Shown here: piece after piece, positions 1 to 10,422 of the stretch
Numbering within the stretch: position 1 is the first letter of the stretch
Layout: each line of letters begins with the position of its first letter
Assembly: GCA_043228905.1 (NCBI GenBank)
Contig: JBHGNT010000704.1
Span: 1-17,208, forward strand
Length of the DNA: 17,208 bases
Source: Azolla caroliniana
Lineage: Eukaryota > Plantae > Polypodiophyta
Reading direction: 5' to 3'
Notes under the pieces: model-generated
The model's input: the letters and a program-made list of their open reading frames with translations, nothing else
Database searches by the model: none
Told to the model about the DNA's origin: nothing
Program-made: the position numbers and the translations under genes

Positions 1-556
1 GGTTGGCCACTTGTTGCAATTATGCCAGGTGCAAGGTTCAATCAAGTGGGGAAATATATGTTGGCTATCATGGCAAGCTGCAATTGGCGGATACGAGCAT
101 CAAGAGGAGGGGGTGACTTTGGTGATAAAAGCATAAGAGGTCCTTTTATCCTCTAGCAGCAATGTCCATTCCATTCCTCTTAATGACAAATCTCAAGAGG
201 TGTTGGAATTGGTCAGCCCAATAACCCTTTGGATTCTATGGAAACTACGATGTAGGCGAGTCTTCTCCAACCAAACCGCCCATCCAACAAGGTTACTGCA
301 AGAGATATGGAGTGAAATTGTAGCCACTCGAAAGAGCCAATATGATGGCCTTAAGGGCGGCTCTGAGGGAGTTAAAAGACAACGCATAGCCTTCATCCAA
401 CAATGGTCGTCCTCTCCCTTTCTTGAGTCAGTGGGCATCCACATAAGATGGAACTATCGCGTCCCTTTAGGGATTTGTACATAATCGTCTCATTTGTAAA
501 ATTTTATAACTAATGGAAGGAGTTTTTTTTTTTGAAAAAAAAAAGAAAAAAAAAAA
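1..556 (+). mobile_element. 3' end of a decayed L1-type LINE (ORF2 C-terminus, short 3' UTR, poly(A) tail) in intron 4 of the hydrolase gene, antisense to it
   Basis: Frame 2..484 is open except for one TAA at 134-136. It encodes LWILWKLRCRRVF, matching the WxxWxxR(N/C)xxxF motif at the C-terminus of plant L1 ORF2 (family call from motif recall). It is followed by T11-G and an A-rich tail at 535-556. The 5' part lies outside the window. Confidence 0.7.
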
Positions 557-847
557 GGGAAAACCAAGTAGAGAACTTGATAAACTATATTTAGAAGTTA
601 TTTGTAAGTAAATGTTGTTCATTTTAATATTACACCCCCCCTAAAGAGACTATCAAAAAACACGCACAACAATAAACAAAATGAAAAATGTTCCTTGAAT
701 CGAAAAGCTAACACGACATTAATTCACATTTAATTGGGAATTATGCTTAATATGATATAATGTCACAAATTGAGACAAATTTGAATCATAATAGTAGAAC
801 ATAATTTGCTCCTTTTTTTTTTATATATGTTATGCCAAGGAACATAC

Positions 848-976
848 CTCTTGAATTCTTGCCTTCAACATTTCCAAGTTCTCATGTGTAAATGCTCTAA
901 AGGTACCACGAATTACAACTGTGTCAGGAATTACGTTATAAGTTGTGCCACCTTCAATCATTGTCACAGACACCAC
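848..976 (-). CDS. ILR1-like: ILR1-like hydrolase exon 4 ([43 protein letters not shown])
   Basis: Read by hand. Acceptor TACAG|GTG, donor GAG|GTATGT. Matches the M20 dimerisation-domain motif NVIPD. Confidence 0.95.
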
Positions 977-3900
977 CTGTAATCACATGAAAAACTTTTG
1001 GTTATAAAAAAGATTTTTGAAAGATTCATGCAATTTTCCAATGAAGTAAGAAATTACGAGAATATTCACCAAATTTTATGCTAGAGTTTGGAAAACGTGA
1101 AAGAGCAGCTGAAATTTCTTTACTTTTTATGGATTTTTAATTACTCTATTAGTTCTTCATACCATTTTTTGCTTCCCTAGTAGAAGATATTTGACATTTC
1201 TGTGACATTTTAAATATTTCTCATCAAAAGTTGGTCTAAATCGGATGTATGTATGTCATATCATTTTTGTGTTCTTAACATCAAATAAGATTGGTTTTAT
1301 ATTTTACAAACCAAGTTTTTTTTAACTCGTATCACCCACATTATACTCCACTTTCTTTTAAATTTGTATAAGGAAGTTTGATTTATAAGTTACCTTAATT
1401 ACTTTTATAGAATAGATAAAAGACTCTTATCAAATAGTAGAAAAGAAGTAGAAACATTTTATGAGGTTGCTATAGATGTCTTAGAATATGAACCTGTGAA
1501 TCTAAAGGGTTAGTCTCTCGAGATATCAAATGTTGCAAGCTTAACACAATAGAGGATGTCGCAACAATAGGATCAACTGAATATTGGGGAAGTGCAGCAT
1601 GTCCTCCTTTACCAGTGATTGTAGCTTTAAAGAATCCACATCCTGCTAAACTAGCTCCAGGCCTGACACCAACAACTCCTATTGGTTGTGCATGTGTCAC
1701 ATGCAAACCAAAAATGGCTTCAGCCTCTCCGAGAGCACCTTCCTCTACCATCTTCTTTGCTCCTCCTCCCCCTTCTTCAGCAGGTTGAAAGATCAATATA
1801 ACAGTTCCCTACTTGTAACCAATCAAAGATTCATTAGTACATACTCAAATGTATATGTCAACAATAATGTATGATGTAGGTCTAATGTGCATCTCGTATG
1901 AAACTTACCTGAAGCTTCTCAACACGTCTTTGCAACAAATTTGCAGCACCAAGTAGCATTGCAACATGAGCATCATGTCCACAAGCATGCATTTTTCCAG
2001 GAACTTTACTTTTGTGCTTCCATTCCACAGCTTCCTAAACATTGTGAAAAGTTAATGTGACTGAACTACGCATATTGATACAAAGAGAGCAAAATCACAC
2101 AAACTTATAGTCATACATACATGTATATGTGCCTAGTCATTATTGAAAAGCTATTAAAAGTGGACTATAAGATATAGAGAATGGATGAGATTATTTAGAA
2201 CGGATTAAAGTCATGAAATGTGATCAATCTTCCTACATAAGTTAACAACTTCAAATTCCTTCCTAAAAATTCACTTCTCAAGCAGATGATGGGACCCACC
2301 AAGTCCCTACACATTCCAAGAGAAAAGTTTCATTGACTTGGGTTCAAAAGAAGAGCCAAGGGGGATTCACCCTCGCTCGACAAATATGTCGTCATCATAC
2401 TCCATATGTTTTCCCACTCCATTCCAATTTCCCATTTTTTATCAATGGGTAATTCACCACAATGGAAGTGGAACTGACCAGGATTTAGCATAAGATCATG
2501 CACCCTACATATGCAAACCAAGGGAACACTCCTAGGGTACCAAACATAGAGGTAGGTGTTGAATTGTGAAGAGATTGGAGGGTGTCTTTGCTTAATGTGG
2601 ATTGTCTAAGGCTCATGTTGAGGGGAGTCTGTCGAGTAATTCTGTGACGAGGCTTTGTTGCTTCATTTATACATGATGTTTTCTTGTAGCCATTGCAAAA
2701 TGGCTTATAACATATAAGTTATATACTATCCTATGTACATTTTCTTAACTAATGGAAGAAGATTTTTTTTTGGAAAAAAAAATAAAAAAATATCATGTTA
2801 ACTTTAACTCATATCCTAATGAAAATGGAGTCCTTTTCTAAATGTTTATGCGTGTTGAAGTCAAATGAAGCATTTTATTTCGATCATTTAAGGGAACTTT
2901 TAATGCATGTTGGTCAAGCTATACCAAAGAGTTGCAAGGTCCTACAATTTCAAAGAATCATTTCAACATCTCATATAGATTTTTTCATAACAAACAATAT
3001 GGAGGCTTTTAGGAAATCTAAAATTCTCAAAGTTGCTTGCACAAGTCTCGATTTATTGTAGTTAAAACGATTATGAGTCACCAAAAAGACATGGGAACAC
3101 AAGAATACATGGTACCATGCTCATAGTTTCTTGCCATAAACATCACGTGAGTTTAGCCTCACATCCAAATGCTTAGAAAGTAGAATTTCTCCTTCAAATA
3201 CTATAGAGATGCACAACAAGCCGAACATCACATGATTAGAAAAACCATTGGGTGAACGTGGGTTTTGGAGACAGTGCATCTTTATTATACATAAAAAAAG
3301 AAACTCGGGTCTATCAAGAGACTGTGGTAAAATAGAACACTAGTAAAAATTTAATATTGGATAATATTTATGTCTAACAAATTGTTAGGTTTAATTAAAA
3401 GTTTAAAATATACATGCTTTGTACTAGGAGAACTTAGGCTTACGTCATAGCTTAACAAGGAGATTAACACAAACCAATGAGTTCTTGATATGCAAAAGAC
3501 TTGTACAATTTAAAGAAGATGGTATTCAAGAAACTAAAAAGTGACCATGATTAGTTTGAAAATATGCCAAGGTTTCCAAAACTAAAAACACGATAAAAAC
3601 AAGGATACAACCGTTGCGTGGGGTGGCATGGGTGGCCAATATAAAACTTGTCTACATAATTAGTGAAGACATTATTCAATGAATTAAATACTGAAAAAGT
3701 TGTTCAAGGATGTAATGGTAAAAGCTTACACAACACATGATTTGTATAGATGGAGAGAAGGAACTATAGGATTTGGGTGGTTTAATAATGCAAACGATAT
3801 TCAAAAAAATGATAAAAAAGTCCTAATACTAAAGGTAATCATACTTGTATTCATTCTCAAAACTAACCATTTTCTTGCTATCAAATCCACAAACACTATG

Positions 3901-5301
3901 TGTCATGTATATTGATAGCATTATCATTTTTATTCCAATGGTAACAAAACCACACGTGAAAGACTTAATCTTTATCCAATTTGGTTTGGTTAAAGGTTCA
4001 AATTTTGAAAACACTTCAATTTAAAGTTTGGTTTAGCTTGGGGGATCAAGGTTTTGTTTGAAGCCTTATGGCTTACGGATTTGTGTGGTCTTTTTTAAAT
4101 ATTAAATAAATACGCAAAAATGTATTTTGAACTAACAATCGACAATAATTTCATTCAAGCAAAAAGCAAATCGCCATTAACCATGGTTGGTAGACCTCTT
4201 GCATGTTTTAATTGTTCAATCTTGAGAATCCCTTGGATGGTTTGTACTATGTTTTAATTTGGATATACCACCAAGTTAGGGGGTAATGTTTTTGTTCCTA
4301 TGGTTTGAGTTTGTAACTTCCAAAGCAAGCCAAATTAAGTCAATTTGAATTGTTACATATATGCATGAATTAAAATTTGAAAGGAATTGTTCAAAGAATG
4401 TATGTATGTATGATAGTAAAGAATTGTTCAAAGAATGTATGCATTGAAGGACTACTAAATTTTAAAATAGTAAAACACATGTTAAAGGAGGTTAATTATA
4501 TTTCTAAGACTTATGGGGACAAGAATATGCATAGATCAAGTGATATACAAATCATCACAAACATCCGTCGTGTTCATTCAGACTTGTTTTAGCTTAAGAA
4601 TGAGACGAGCCAAATACCTGGATGGGTAAGGCGTCCATGTCGGCTCGAAGGGCTACAAAGGGGGCATTGCCAGTGCCAATGTGAGCAACGACACCGGTGC
4701 CTACAACAGGCCAACGGTAGTGCACCCCAAGTTGGTCAAGCTCACGTCGAACAACTGCACTTGTTTCCCATTCCTCGTATGCAAGTTCAGGCTTCTCGTG
4801 AATCTCTCTACGAATGGATCTCATCCACTCGACCAATCCCAACTCCTCCATATCCTTACGCATCGAAGTCATGTCTATATTGAACGTATTGACCTTCTTA
4901 AGTATATTATGATCCACACAATTAGGCTCTAGTATTGAGTCCTCCTTTTGAGTCATGACCTTGTCACTATCATTATTGTTACTACTACTAATCATGGCAT
5001 AAATATTGTTAATACCATCTCCAATTATGTCAGAGTCATGATTCTTCCTCATTATGCTCTCTTCATGAATCACATCATTATTGTCCTTATGTTCATCTTG
5101 ATTGAAATCATTACTCCTATAATATGATGGTTCTTGTCCATATAATAAGTTAATTGCATAGGCTCCTGCATAGGTGTTAGTGTGCAAAAAACTTAGTGAA
5201 TCATATCTCCCATTAGCATGGGGCCCTTGCATATCCATTACTACTACTATTACTGCAACAACTAATCCCATCAAAATGGCCACCATATAGGCCATTGTCA
5301 T
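848..5301 (-). CDS. ILR1-like: IAA/jasmonate-amino acid conjugate hydrolase, ILR1/IAR3(ILL)-like, peptidase M20D; join(5301..4618, 2034..1909, 1808..1494, 976..848); 3'-partial (final exon left of the window)
   Basis: Four exons (684+126+315+129 nt = 418 codons) splice in frame at GT-AG sites with no stops. Family motifs: [87 protein letters not shown]. Intron positions match the conserved ILR1-family structure. Confidence 0.95.
1494..1808 (-). CDS. ILR1-like: ILR1-like hydrolase exon 3 ([17 protein letters not shown]...NPLDSQ)
   Basis: Acceptor GTAG|GGA, donor CAG|GTTCAT. Overlaps ORF 1470..1796. Contains the catalytic EE and the GLH histidine. Confidence 0.95.
1909..2034 (-). CDS. ILR1-like: ILR1-like hydrolase exon 2 ([42 protein letters not shown])
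   Basis: Read by hand; it is missing from the ORF track. Acceptor TTTAG|GAA, donor CAG|GTAAGT. Contains the metal-binding C-x-H motif. Confidence 0.95.
2731..2790 (+). mobile_element. Second retroposon-like 3' terminus (poly(A)-tailed) in intron 1; the body probably extends upstream toward ~2250
   Basis: TAACTAATGGAAG (2746-2758) is identical to 507-519 and is followed by T9-GG and an A-rich tail, as in the LINE at 1-556. No TSD or clear ORF was found, so the 5' boundary is undefined. Confidence 0.5.
4384..4441. repeat. 21-bp direct repeat GAATTGTTCAAAGAATGTATG (4384-4404, 4421-4441)
   Basis: Two identical copies, period 37, with a (TATG)n spacer; intronic. Confidence 0.85.
4618..5301 (-). 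CDS. ILR1-like: ILR1-like hydrolase exon 1 (hydrophobic leader, long spacer, start of M20 domain)
   Basis: ORF 4594..5301 ends ...ADMDALPIQ at the donor CAG|GTATTT (4618/4617). The start codon is uncertain because several in-frame Met codons lie near 5301. Confidence 0.9.
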
Positions 5302-5360
5302 CTCTACTTAGGATACTTAATTTATGAACTTATTATGAGTTCACCCATTGGATGCAAGTC

Positions 5361-5368
5361 TTTTTATA
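5361..5368 (-). promoter_or_regulatory. Candidate TATA box (TATAAAAA) for the hydrolase gene
   Basis: Lies about 60 bp upstream of ATG 5301 on the minus strand. Similar motifs occur at ~5490 and ~5520 and the region is AT-rich, so support is weak. Confidence 0.25.
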
Positions 5369-5537
5369 GAAAAAATCAATTGGGCTCTTTCATCTCTCAT
5401 CCACCCCAAAAAACAAGCACCAAAACTTTGGGACGATCAAAATAAGAACTAAATCTATGAAGAAAAATAATGTGAGCCAATTTCGTGCCTTTTTATAGCA
5501 TTGGGTATAGTGTTCTTTTTATAAAAAATCTAAATAT

Positions 5538-5597
5538 TATATACACACACACATATATATTTGTATATATATGTATGTATGTATACGTATATATACA
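5538..5597. repeat. Compound (TA)/(CA)/(TATG) microsatellite
   Basis: Directly visible. Confidence 0.85.
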
Positions 5598-8500
5598 TCC
5601 ATGTAAATCTTAGATTCTTATAATTATTTATTTATTTGAAATTTTCAATGCTAAGCTTTGGCAATACAATTGGTTCTTTGGCTCCATTTTCTTATTATTG
5701 GTTGCAACTTTTTTGACTTTTTTCCATTAATCAACACAAAAGATTGGGGGTGTGACTCATTCATATACAAAACTTCTCTTCTAATTTAAGTGAATAATAC
5801 CAAAGAAAAAATCTTCTTGTTGATGTCAAGCAAATGATATTAGTCGATAACAAAGAATTCTTTCGCATTTTTATCATGTTTGTAACCGGCCATTGCATCA
5901 TCTTGGTCGTGCTCATTGCCAAAGTTCCCATTTCAAAAGTCGATCATTTTCCTAAAATTGGATACCCTACATGTGTGCATTATGTTCAAAAAAGTAATCC
6001 GGTTGTGTTACTAATCATGACCCACACAAACATGAATTCTACGTTGTGATGCTCAAAAAGGTAGACTTGGTCCTGTTTGTGACCTATGAATCATTGGCCA
6101 CAACGGCAGCCAATGTTCTAGCACTTGATTCGTGACTAACAATTTTGTTGTTCCCAAAGTCTAACAAGTTTCTACTACCTAAATTTATTAATGTGCCATA
6201 TTGATAGTACATATATATATATATTATATCGATTAAATGCTTTGCATCTTGGTATGATGGCCACAAAAACATTTCTACTTGTAAAGTCTCACTTCAAACA
6301 TTACTCGTTCCTTACGTATGGTCATACGTGTAACGCCACATTTACTAAATGCAATACTAAATGGAGTTGGACCTCCTAGACCTTACAATATAGATAAGTT
6401 ACACCATTCTAGAAAAGCAAGAATGTGAGTAGTTGTATTCTTACTTAATTTCTAAAATTGTAAAAGTTATCTAACTACTTGTTCCTTACGTATGTCCATT
6501 GGTCACTTTATTATGCATATTTGTCCCTTAACTAAAACATGTCTAATTGAATTGTATGCCTTTCCTTGAATATATTTTGCTATAAACCATGGAAAGTCGA
6601 TGAAAGAGCCAAATGGTACGAGAGAACTAATTATCCACCTTGCCAAACTCATGTATATTGAAATCTTGTAACTCAAAAACATCAATACATTTGCACTTTA
6701 TGGAAAAGAAGCGCAAGTAGCACTATCATTTCTCCCTTGATACTATATTATAATCGTGATAAATTATTTCTCTTGATAATGTTTACAATTTCTATCCTCA
6801 TCATATAAGTAGTTGATTGATAGTTATTATCTACAATAATATTATAAACAACAAATCATCATTAGTTGGGAATTATGAGATGTGTGGATCCAAAGAGCAA
6901 TGAGGTTATTAATCGTGTTATTAGCTTTAACGTCATTGATAATTGCATTAATAACAATAAATATGTGATTCAAAGGCTTATAATTAGCATTATCTTATAA
7001 TGAAACCCTAATTGACATTTGATGTGGTGTTAATGTAAAAACTTATCAAAAGTTGTTGTCTCCGTACTTCTACTTAAGTGGTTTATATTTTCTATTTAAA
7101 TGCATCATCAAATTTTACTTTCATATTTCTTGACAAAGATCACAAGTGTCATGACTCATTACTAAGTCATATATTGTATGCCAACTATTCTGCAAATGTT
7201 TTTATCATGAGTAATTGCAAACATCAAAAGGCTATCTCGCTTTCCCATCAAATCTCTTCAATGATGCGCATAAATCCAAGCAATGTGTTTTGTATGCTAC
7301 CTGTCACTATAAATGCTTTGTACCTACAAAGAGATACATTTAAGAGTAGCATATGATAGGGGCTAGGGCAAGACCTTGAAAGGGAAAGAGAGGTCATCTT
7401 GCATTTAGAGAAACATTGAAAAAGTGGCAAAAGAGGTAAGAAGTTGTTGAGAAATAGATAAGGAAATGAGAGGAGAGGTGAAGAAGAAAAGGAAATGTTT
7501 TAATTATCGTCAAAAGTATTGTGAGACATGAGAAATGAGATGATATGTGAATTGAAACAAGTTTTCTAGGTCCTCTTCAATGGCACAACACTATACAAAC
7601 ATTAAAGTCGTCATTGTTGGGGTTTGCTTCAATGTGCCAATATTTGCACATATAGTTTCATTCCTAGTTTAGGATTTGGGGTAGTGAAACCATAATGCTC
7701 CCGCTTCACATTGGTTCATGTTGTTCATATAAGTTTAAAAACAACATTGTCTATTACCAACTTAACAAGAGACATTCTCTAGTTACTCTACTACCTTTAT
7801 TACTTTGATGTAGAATACAAATATTGATCATATCACATATGTAGGAACCTCATAATTTTAACTTGGATACACTTTCTCTCTTTACACAGTCCACACATAA
7901 CAAGTGTTTTATGGTGTATAATACTTTTTCAAATCTTTGACATATGCACACTTTCTCTGTCGACTTTAGGGCCAAGTCCCCAATTATGATGGTGTTTCCT
8001 AGAAACACCAAGATGGCAAAGGAAGATATAATTTCTGTCAATGTTGCACTTGCAACATATGTGTAACAAGCTTGATGAAGTCGAGTGGTATAATATATTT
8101 GTACTACCTAAAAATATGGGGAAAAAAACAACATTCCATTCCCCATTTGGAACCAAAGAACTATGACAAGGAAAAAACTTCTCAAAGCCTATCTTTTAGT
8201 TTATAGTGATATCGCACTCCCACATTGAAGGATTAATTGGAAAAACAAGAGAAGGTAGTAGAAATCAATAAATGACAAAAGTCATTGCATGCCGAGAAGT
8301 AGTAAATCAACCAGTAAATGATTGAAAGTTTTTGAAAAATCACCAAGGTTGTCTAACCTTCAACTTTGGAGGTTCCGCAGTCTATCTATCACCTCTCTAT
8401 AAAGTTTAAACAAAAGTATATTTGAAATCATTACATGGACGTGCAACAAAGCATGAGCAAGAATAATGGAACTTCTCTAATGCTCAAGGCAAGACACATT

Positions 8501-8694
8501 AGAAGAAAACATTGAAATTGTTTAATCATTGTCAAGTAAGAAAGAGTGTCGTATTGGAATTGCAAAAATTGTGAGAAATCTTTATGGCTTTGTTGAATGG
8601 TTAATATTCAATTAAAAACTCGATACCTGGATTGTGTTGAGAAAAGTTTCTTGTGAACTTTAATAGGTTATTAGTATATTGGAATAGGGGCGGT

Positions 8695-8696
<2 letters not shown>

Positions 8697-8732
<36 letters not shown>
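8697..8732. repeat. (TC)18 microsatellite
   Basis: Directly visible. Confidence 0.95.
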
Positions 8733-8736
<4 letters not shown>

Positions 8737-9308
8737 TATGGGTATTATGCCTGAAGGTATATCAAGCATACATATGCATTGAACAATAGTTTCTTGACGT
8801 CTTATAGATCATATTCGAACTCTCTATGGAGACAAAAACCCGAATATTAAAAGCTAATAAACATGCTTTTTCCTTTTCCAAGATTTGTTGACAAATGCCG
8901 GTTTGAAACTATATGCCACGAGTTCCACATTTCTCTAAATGAAATGCGCTTAATACAATATGTATGTTTTTCTATTTAATGTAATAAATACTTACCTTTT
9001 CAAAAGATTGAAGATTACACTATTCTTAATTCTCTATCTAGAATATTTCTAGATCCCAACCTCGACACTTTCAAATCTCTATCTTTGTGTCTCATGATTT
9101 AATGCAATGACAAATTTGAACACATCGTTGATGACCTTATACAAGAAGAAGCCATTGAGGGTGCTATTATTGAGAATGAGGTCTTCTTGCTTTTATTATG
9201 CTCAAATTATGAGTTGCTTTTAATGAATACTTAGAGTATGCACATAAGCTTATGGTGTCATGATACCAAGTGCATATTGACACAAAAAGTATTTGAACTT
9301 GTGACACA

Positions 9309-9572
9309 TGTCAAAGCCTCACCATTGAAATAACTACTAATTTTCATATGTAGAACTTTCTAGAACAATTCTAGAATATGCTAGAACATTCTAGAAAATC
9401 CATGAGTACTCTTGAAGGCCCTAGAGATAGAGGAATATTATATTGTACTATTCAAACCAATTCGGGTCAATGTCAGACTTAAGCCCTCACATCTATTCTT
9501 ATCTTTATACTCTTATTTTTTATAGTATATTTTCAATCCATCATATACTCTCTCTCTCTCTCAATCTTGACA
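9309..9572 (+). repeat. Putative gypsy 5' LTR (start 9309 TGTCAA, alternatively 9256 TGTCATGAT; end ...ATCTTGACA 9572)
   Basis: TGTCA...TGACA terminal inverted repeat, TATA-like AATATTATATT at 9434-9444, and gag ATG about 50 bp after the end. The partner LTR is outside the window, so the 5' boundary is unresolved. Confidence 0.6.
9352..9397. promoter_or_regulatory. Heat-shock-element-like array in the gypsy LTR U3
   Basis: aGAAc-tTTCt-aGAAc (9352-9366), then aTTCt-aGAAt-aTGCt-aGAAc-aTTCt-aGAAa (9368-9397). These are alternating nGAAn/nTTCn pentamers about 40 bp upstream of the TATA-like box. Confidence 0.65.
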
Positions 9573-9587
9573 GTTTGAGCCGAATTG
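9573..9587 (+). other. Non-tRNA primer-binding site complementary to the LTR's own 9458-9470 (Tf1-type self-priming)
   Basis: TTGAGCCGAATTG (9575-9587) reverse-complements to CAATTCGGCTCAA, versus CAATTCGGGTCAA at 9458-9470 (12/13). There is no TGG after the LTR end. Confidence 0.7.
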
Positions 9588-9619
9588 CCGTATTCTTATC
9601 TTTCATTCTTCTAGTATTA

Positions 9620-10422
9620 ATGACCTCTGTTAGTGCACAAGAATATCAATCCGTCCTTTCGGAGCTTCAATGCTAGAAGGGAAAGATTGTGGCGCCTAAA
9701 AAAGAAAATCAACACCATTTGGGTGATTTTCAATAATTACCATAGAGAAGCAACTTCAACACAAGGAGTTGACATTACAAGTACAATAGTTGGAAGCAAC
9801 TATTGTGTCTTTACAACAAGGAACAGGAAATCAAGGAATCCTTAAAGAACCCAAAATCAGTGTTCCCATGAAGTTTGATGGAATACGATCACGGTTTAGA
9901 TGGTTCCTCAATCAGATACATTTAGTAACTCAAATGCATCCTTCTTGATATCCAACCAACACATCACAAGTGAGATTAGTAGGCACATCACTAAGTGGTA
10001 CAACATTAGCCTAGTTTTCACCTTTGTTGGAAAACGGATCTCTTTTGTTAAATAATTCTGAGGAGTTGATTCTAAGTGAGTTCAAAACATGTTTTGCATA
10101 TATTGATAGTGTTAGAACACCAATTAACAAAATATGGAGGCTATGCCAAAGGGATCGTCCGACGTTAACTTATGTCGTCGATTTTCATCTACTTGCAACC
10201 AATATTCTCTTGGACAACCATGCATTAATAGAACAATCTTGGTTCGGGCTAAGTAATGATGTAAAATATTTACTCTTTACATTTCAAGCAGGACCAAAAT
10301 CACTCACAGAAGCAACCAATCAAGCCATACGATGTGATAATCGACGTTTAGAACGAGGTTTAGAACAAGATTGGAGCTCGTGTACATGCATCCATCGTAG
10401 CAAAACCATCCCCAAGGGAATC
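9620..10422 (+). pseudogene. Gypsy gag, N-terminal and capsid part (Retrotrans_gag-like), with stops and frameshifts
   Basis: The frame from 9841 reads LKEPKISVPMKFDGIRSRFRWFLNQIHLVTQMHPS*YPT...LSGTTLA*FSPLLEN and continues into ORF 10024..10428. Confidence 0.85.

Noticed and set aside
1-847. Final exon of the hydrolase
   Set aside because: No VI..QA.V..C or EDF-type motif was found on the minus strand. The region is intron plus LINE, so the exon should lie outside the window.
2795-4592. Short ORFs in intron 1, including an RDCGKIEH knuckle-like fragment near 3320
   Set aside because: AT-rich chance ORFs or unassignable decayed TE sequence; no complete motif.
7057-7062. TGTCTC auxin-response element (and CACGTG G-boxes near 3144 and 3953)
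   Set aside because: Isolated hexamers are expected by chance; no paired or composite arrangement.
9037-9053. TCTAGAA-TAT-TTCTAGA palindrome as an additional HSE
   Set aside because: GAA-TTC spacing is 3 nt rather than 2, and there are too few units.
7030-9250. Possible decayed DNA transposon (hAT-like) or pseudogene; weak SAVYLSP similarity near 8375
   Set aside because: All frames I read are full of stops, and no convincing motif, TIR or TSD was found. A translated HMM search would be needed.
9351-9397. CRISPR-like or prokaryotic repeat system
   Set aside because: 10-11 bp units without spacers, in a spliced eukaryotic context; no cas or operon-like genes anywhere in the window.
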